From Candidatus Azambacteria bacterium (GTDB lineage: Bacteria; Patescibacteriota; Minisyncoccia; UBA10092), in the NCBI GenBank assembly GCA_003455995.1, contig DMPO01000003.1:37430-94790 (forward strand): DNA of 57,361 nucleotides, given 5' to 3'. The position numbers and the translations under genes are program-made. Below the pieces are notes generated by a model. It worked only from the letters and a program-made list of their open reading frames with translations, searched no databases and was not told the DNA's origin. This document shows, piece after piece, positions 54,305 to 57,361 of this stretch (positions are counted from its first letter, which is position 1; every line of letters starts with the position of its first letter).

Positions 54305-54500
54305 ATATTGAATAAAATTTTCAATTCTTAATTTTCAATTTTCAATGAATGCCCCTAATGAATTAATGTTTAAAGAATTAAAACATTAGAAATTGATTGG
54401 AAATTAAAAATTGGAAATTAGAAATTAACCAAGTGCTATACTATATTATATTTCTAATTTTGGCAAATTTTAGTTATACTTATAGAAGAAGAAAAAATTT

Positions 54501-55079
54501 ATGATTTCTCATCTTGAAGGTAAAATTTTAGACAAAAACGATAAATTTTTTGTGGTTGACATTAATGGTGTCGGCTATAAGGTTTTTTCTCATAGCGGAA
54601 TTTTGGTGAAAATTCCGGAAATTGGCCAAACAGTTAAAATTTGGACTCATCTTTGTGTCCGTGAAGACGCTATGGATTTATATGGATTTTTAAATAACGA
54701 AGAGGTGGATTTTTTTGAGACGCTTATTTCCATTTCCGGCATCGGTCCGCGGTCGGCGTTGGGTATTTTGGAAGTGGCGCCGGTTTCCGGTTTGAAGCAG
54801 GCCATTGTTTCCGAAGACGAAACATTTTTTACCAAGGTCTCCGGCATCGGCAGGAAAACGGCGCAAAGATTGATTTTGGAACTGAAAACCAAATTGGCCA
54901 AAACGGTGGTTTTGGAAAAGGGAGGAAGATTTAAAGAAATGGGAGACGCCTTTGAGGCGCTGGTGTCTTTGGGCTACAAAGCGGGCGATGTTAGGAATAT
55001 TCTTAACGAATTGCCGAAGGAAATGGAAAGCGTGGAAGATAAGGTCAAAGCGGCGCTGAAAAAACTGGGCCGCGGCTGA
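54501..55079 (+). CDS. ruvA: Holliday junction DNA helicase RuvA
   Basis: MISHLEGKI..., with HhH motifs ISGIGPRSA and VSGIGRKTA. Confidence 0.9.
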   Translation: MISHLEGKILDKNDKFFVVDINGVGYKVFSHSGILVKIPEIGQTVKIWTHLCVREDAMDLYGFLNNEEVDFFETLISISGIGPRSALGILEVAPVSGLKQAIVSEDETFFTKVSGIGRKTAQRLILELKTKLAKTVVLEKGGRFKEMGDAFEALVSLGYKAGDVRNILNELPKEMESVEDKVKAALKKLGRG

Positions 55080-55161
55080 CTCTTGATTTTTTACTTAGTG
55101 CGGAGTAATCTAACCTCTATCAAAAATAGGGGTTATTTAACATTTTAATAGGAGGTGTGAG

Positions 55162-56532
55162 ATGGGCGATTTAAAGGTTAGTTTGATGGCAACTTGCGGC
55201 GATCCGCAGTTGATTGCCGCGGCCGGAGCGCTGGGCTGTTTCGAAGAGGACTCTTCAGCTAAAATTTTGGAGGGTCTTTTGGCTCTTTCTACGGAGGAGC
55301 GCGACAAAAAATGCAAGGCGGTTTTGAAGAATAGTTTCGGGATGGGCCACGGCTCGGTTGGCGATCAGGGAATATTTATTTTCAGCATTGAAAATCTGCC
55401 CCGGTCGGCCACGCTTCAGCTTTGCCTGCCGGAATTCGCCTCACACTTGCAGCAGTCCTTAAGGCGCGCCAAGCCGGATCGAGGGTTTTATCTGCCGAAG
55501 AAAATTATAGATGATAAATACATCTCCATCGCATGGGATATTTTATCGGAAAGTTTTGAATTTTATCAGGAAATGTCGGCGGCCGGTATCCCCGGAGAAG
55601 ACGCCCGGTATATTTTACCGCTTTACACTAAAACCAATATCCAGACCGCGCTTAGCGCCAGAGAGTTATGCCATTTAAGGGCGGCGTCAAATAAAGATGT
55701 GACGCCATATATAGTGTGGTTTGTTGTTGAAGAAATGTGGAGGTTTGCCCATGAGGTGGCGCCGTATCTTTTTGAGGACTTTGGCGCCAATTATGAACCG
55801 CTCGCGTGGTATCCGTCGTCTCAACTTTTTGCCGATAAAAATTTAACCATGGATCGCCTCGTCGACAAATATGCCGCCAAAGATTGCAAAGTAGCGCTTG
55901 TTTATCAGCCGTGGTTAATTGGTGCAATAACGGCAAGAACAATTCACGAAGCGGTTAAAAATCGGAATGAAGCCGAATTAGCCAATCTGAAACACATCCA
56001 TTTTGAATTTTTGGTAAAAATGTCGCTGGCCTGTTTCCATCAGGCGACGCGCCAGAGAACCTGGAATCAATCGGTGGAACCAATTTATGACGCCGCTCAA
56101 GCCGATTTTGATAATCCCTTTAGTCGGATGTTTGCTCCCGCGTCTATTAAAAGATCTGATTTTGCGGACAAATACAGAGAGATGTACATGAAAATGATGT
56201 CTTTGTATATAAAATTGATACAAAGGAACATGCCAAGGAGTGAGGCCATCGGGGTCGTCCCGCATTCCTTAATGGTTTACGACTGGATTCATGTCAATGG
56301 TTGGAACGCTATTCACGCCATCGGCAAGAGAACCTGTGAAAAGGCGCAATTGGAAATTCGCCACATCGCTTGGGCGATGGCGAAGTATATAAAAACCGCG
56401 ATGCCGATTTTTGAGGGATTTGTGGAGCCACAGTGCGTCACCTACGGCAAGTGTCCGGAAAAAGATCCTTGCGACTATTTGGAAAAAAGAAAAAGAAAGA
56501 CCGTCAAACATGACGGTTTGCATATCGACTAA
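55162..56532 (+). CDS. ThyX-like (flavin-dependent thymidylate synthase family) protein with two tandem ThyX-like repeats
   Basis: Repeat 1: GMGHGSVGDQ, ASHLQQSLRR, ARYILPLYTKTNIQTALSARELCHL. Repeat 2: TRQRTWNQS, VVPHSL...NAIHAIGKRTCEKAQLEIRHIA. Confidence 0.5.
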   Translation: MGDLKVSLMATCGDPQLIAAAGALGCFEEDSSAKILEGLLALSTEERDKKCKAVLKNSFGMGHGSVGDQGIFIFSIENLPRSATLQLCLPEFASHLQQSLRRAKPDRGFYLPKKIIDDKYISIAWDILSESFEFYQEMSAAGIPGEDARYILPLYTKTNIQTALSARELCHLRAASNKDVTPYIVWFVVEEMWRFAHEVAPYLFEDFGANYEPLAWYPSSQLFADKNLTMDRLVDKYAAKDCKVALVYQPWLIGAITARTIHEAVKNRNEAELANLKHIHFEFLVKMSLACFHQATRQRTWNQSVEPIYDAAQADFDNPFSRMFAPASIKRSDFADKYREMYMKMMSLYIKLIQRNMPRSEAIGVVPHSLMVYDWIHVNGWNAIHAIGKRTCEKAQLEIRHIAWAMAKYIKTAMPIFEGFVEPQCVTYGKCPEKDPCDYLEKRKRKTVKHDGLHID

Positions 56533-56544
56533 TTTAGAAACAAC

Positions 56545-56566
56545 AACCCCGCATTGCGGGGTTTTA
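56545..56566 (+). terminator. Rho-independent terminator
   Basis: aaccccgc-att-gcggggtt followed by tt. Confidence 0.7.
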
Positions 56567-56573
56567 TGTTTTA

Positions 56574-56654
56574 TGGGCGGGGAGGGAGTCGAACCCTCAT
56601 GCCTTGCGGCACACGATTTTGAGTCGTGCGTGTCTGCCATTCCACCACTCGCCC
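56574..56654 (-). tRNA. tRNA-Leu (anticodon CAA), class II with a long variable arm; CCA not encoded
   Basis: Hand-folded: acceptor GGGCGAG/CCCGCCC (one A-C mismatch), anticodon stem CACGA/TCGTG with loop CTCAAAA, variable arm TGCC-GCAA-GGCA, T arm GAGGG-TTCGACT-CCCTC. Confidence 0.85.
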
Positions 56655-56725
56655 GAAAATTGTTCCGTAAAACAAAATTTATTATTGATATTGCCACAAA
56701 AATATCTTATAGTAAAGATATCAAC

Positions 56726-57361
56726 ATGGCGAAAGTTATCAGCGTTGTTAACGCAAAAGGCGGCGTCGGGAAAAGCACTACGGCGGTAAATCTCGGCGCC
56801 TATCTTGCGGCGCTCGGGAAGTATGTTTTACTGGTTGATTTGGACCCGCAGGCCAATGCCACTGTGGGCGTCGGCGTCAATTGGCGGAAACTGGATAGGC
56901 ACTTGTATCATTCCTTGGCGGAATTCGTGGAGCCGGACGAGATTATCCAAAAAACCGGTCTGTTCGGCTACGATCTTCTTCCGGCGGCGCCGGCGTTAGC
57001 CGGCGCGTCGGTTGAATTGATAAATCTCGAGCGCCGCGAATGGCGCCTGTACGATCTGTTGAGAAAAATCAGGACGAATTATGACTATATTATTGTTGAT
57101 TCTCCGCCTTCGCTCGGCCTTTTGACCATCAATGGTTTGGTGGCAGCCGAGGAAGTGATTATTCCGGTGCAATGCGAGTATTACGCGCTGGAAGGATTGG
57201 GGCAGCTACTTGAAACAATTAATTTAATACGCGATAATTTAGGGCGGGAGTTGAAAATAAAAGGAGTGCTACTGACCATGTATGACAAGAGGCAAAGATT
57301 GAGCAGGGAAGTTGTCAAAGAAGTGCGCCGCAATTTCCCGGGATATGTTTTTGACACGTTG
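56726..57361 (+). CDS. parA: ParA/Soj chromosome-partitioning ATPase (3' end beyond the window)
   Basis: MAKVISVVNAKGGVGKSTTAVNLGAYLAALGKYVLLVDLDPQANAT. The open frame runs to the window end. Confidence 0.9.
   Translation, partial: MAKVISVVNAKGGVGKSTTAVNLGAYLAALGKYVLLVDLDPQANATVGVGVNWRKLDRHLYHSLAEFVEPDEIIQKTGLFGYDLLPAAPALAGASVELINLERREWRLYDLLRKIRTNYDYIIVDSPPSLGLLTINGLVAAEEVIIPVQCEYYALEGLGQLLETINLIRDNLGRELKIKGVLLTMYDKRQRLSREVVKEVRRNFPGYVFDTL

Noticed and set aside
54316-54425. Short reiterated AT-rich units that could be mistaken for a tiny CRISPR-like array.
   Set aside because: The units are only 9 nt, irregularly spaced and arranged as inverted arms. There are no repeat-spacer periodicity and no cas genes.

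Overview
AT-rich 57.4 kb chromosomal segment. Gene content and style resemble a small-genome Candidate Phyla Radiation (Patescibacteria/Parcubacteria-like) bacterium; this lineage call is inference only. The backbone is housekeeping. It holds the classical origin arrangement rpmH-rnpA-yidC-jag (minus strand) next to dnaA-dnaN (plus strand), plus pnp, rpsO, rpsT, xerC/D, pcrA/uvrD, polA, mutM, holA, ruvA/B/C, yebC, tyrS, rsmA, tsaE, comM, lnt, a class A PBP, a PilB/GspE ATPase, tRNA-Leu(CAA) and a partial parA. Five kinds of non-housekeeping content stand out. (1) At 1..5832 there is a RiPP-like cluster: two radical SAM/SPASM enzymes, each preceded by a short Cys-rich peptide gene. One of these peptide genes (43 aa) is absent from the ORF track. 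Each peptide gene sits behind a duplicated perfect-consensus promoter and leader, and the cluster also has two HExxH paralogs and a methyltransferase. (2) At about 22.7-34.1 kb there is a type IV secretion-like block (PrgI-like, VirB4-like in two ORFs, VirB6-like, T4SS-pilin-like) among secreted and membrane proteins of unknown function. (3) A family of about 145 bp MITE-like elements with terminal inverted repeats has four full copies; two are fused to ORF ends. A 51 bp in-frame insertion in pcrA may be related. (4) There are two candidate structured ncRNA regions (14.8-15.1 kb and 45.0-45.2 kb). (5) Toxin-antitoxin material is present: two HicBA pairs, an AbiEii-like operon and a decayed MNT/HEPN remnant. 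Perfect DnaA-box 9-mers are scattered far from oriC, and many genes appear to be leaderless. All calls come from reading the sequence and translations by eye; no database search was run.
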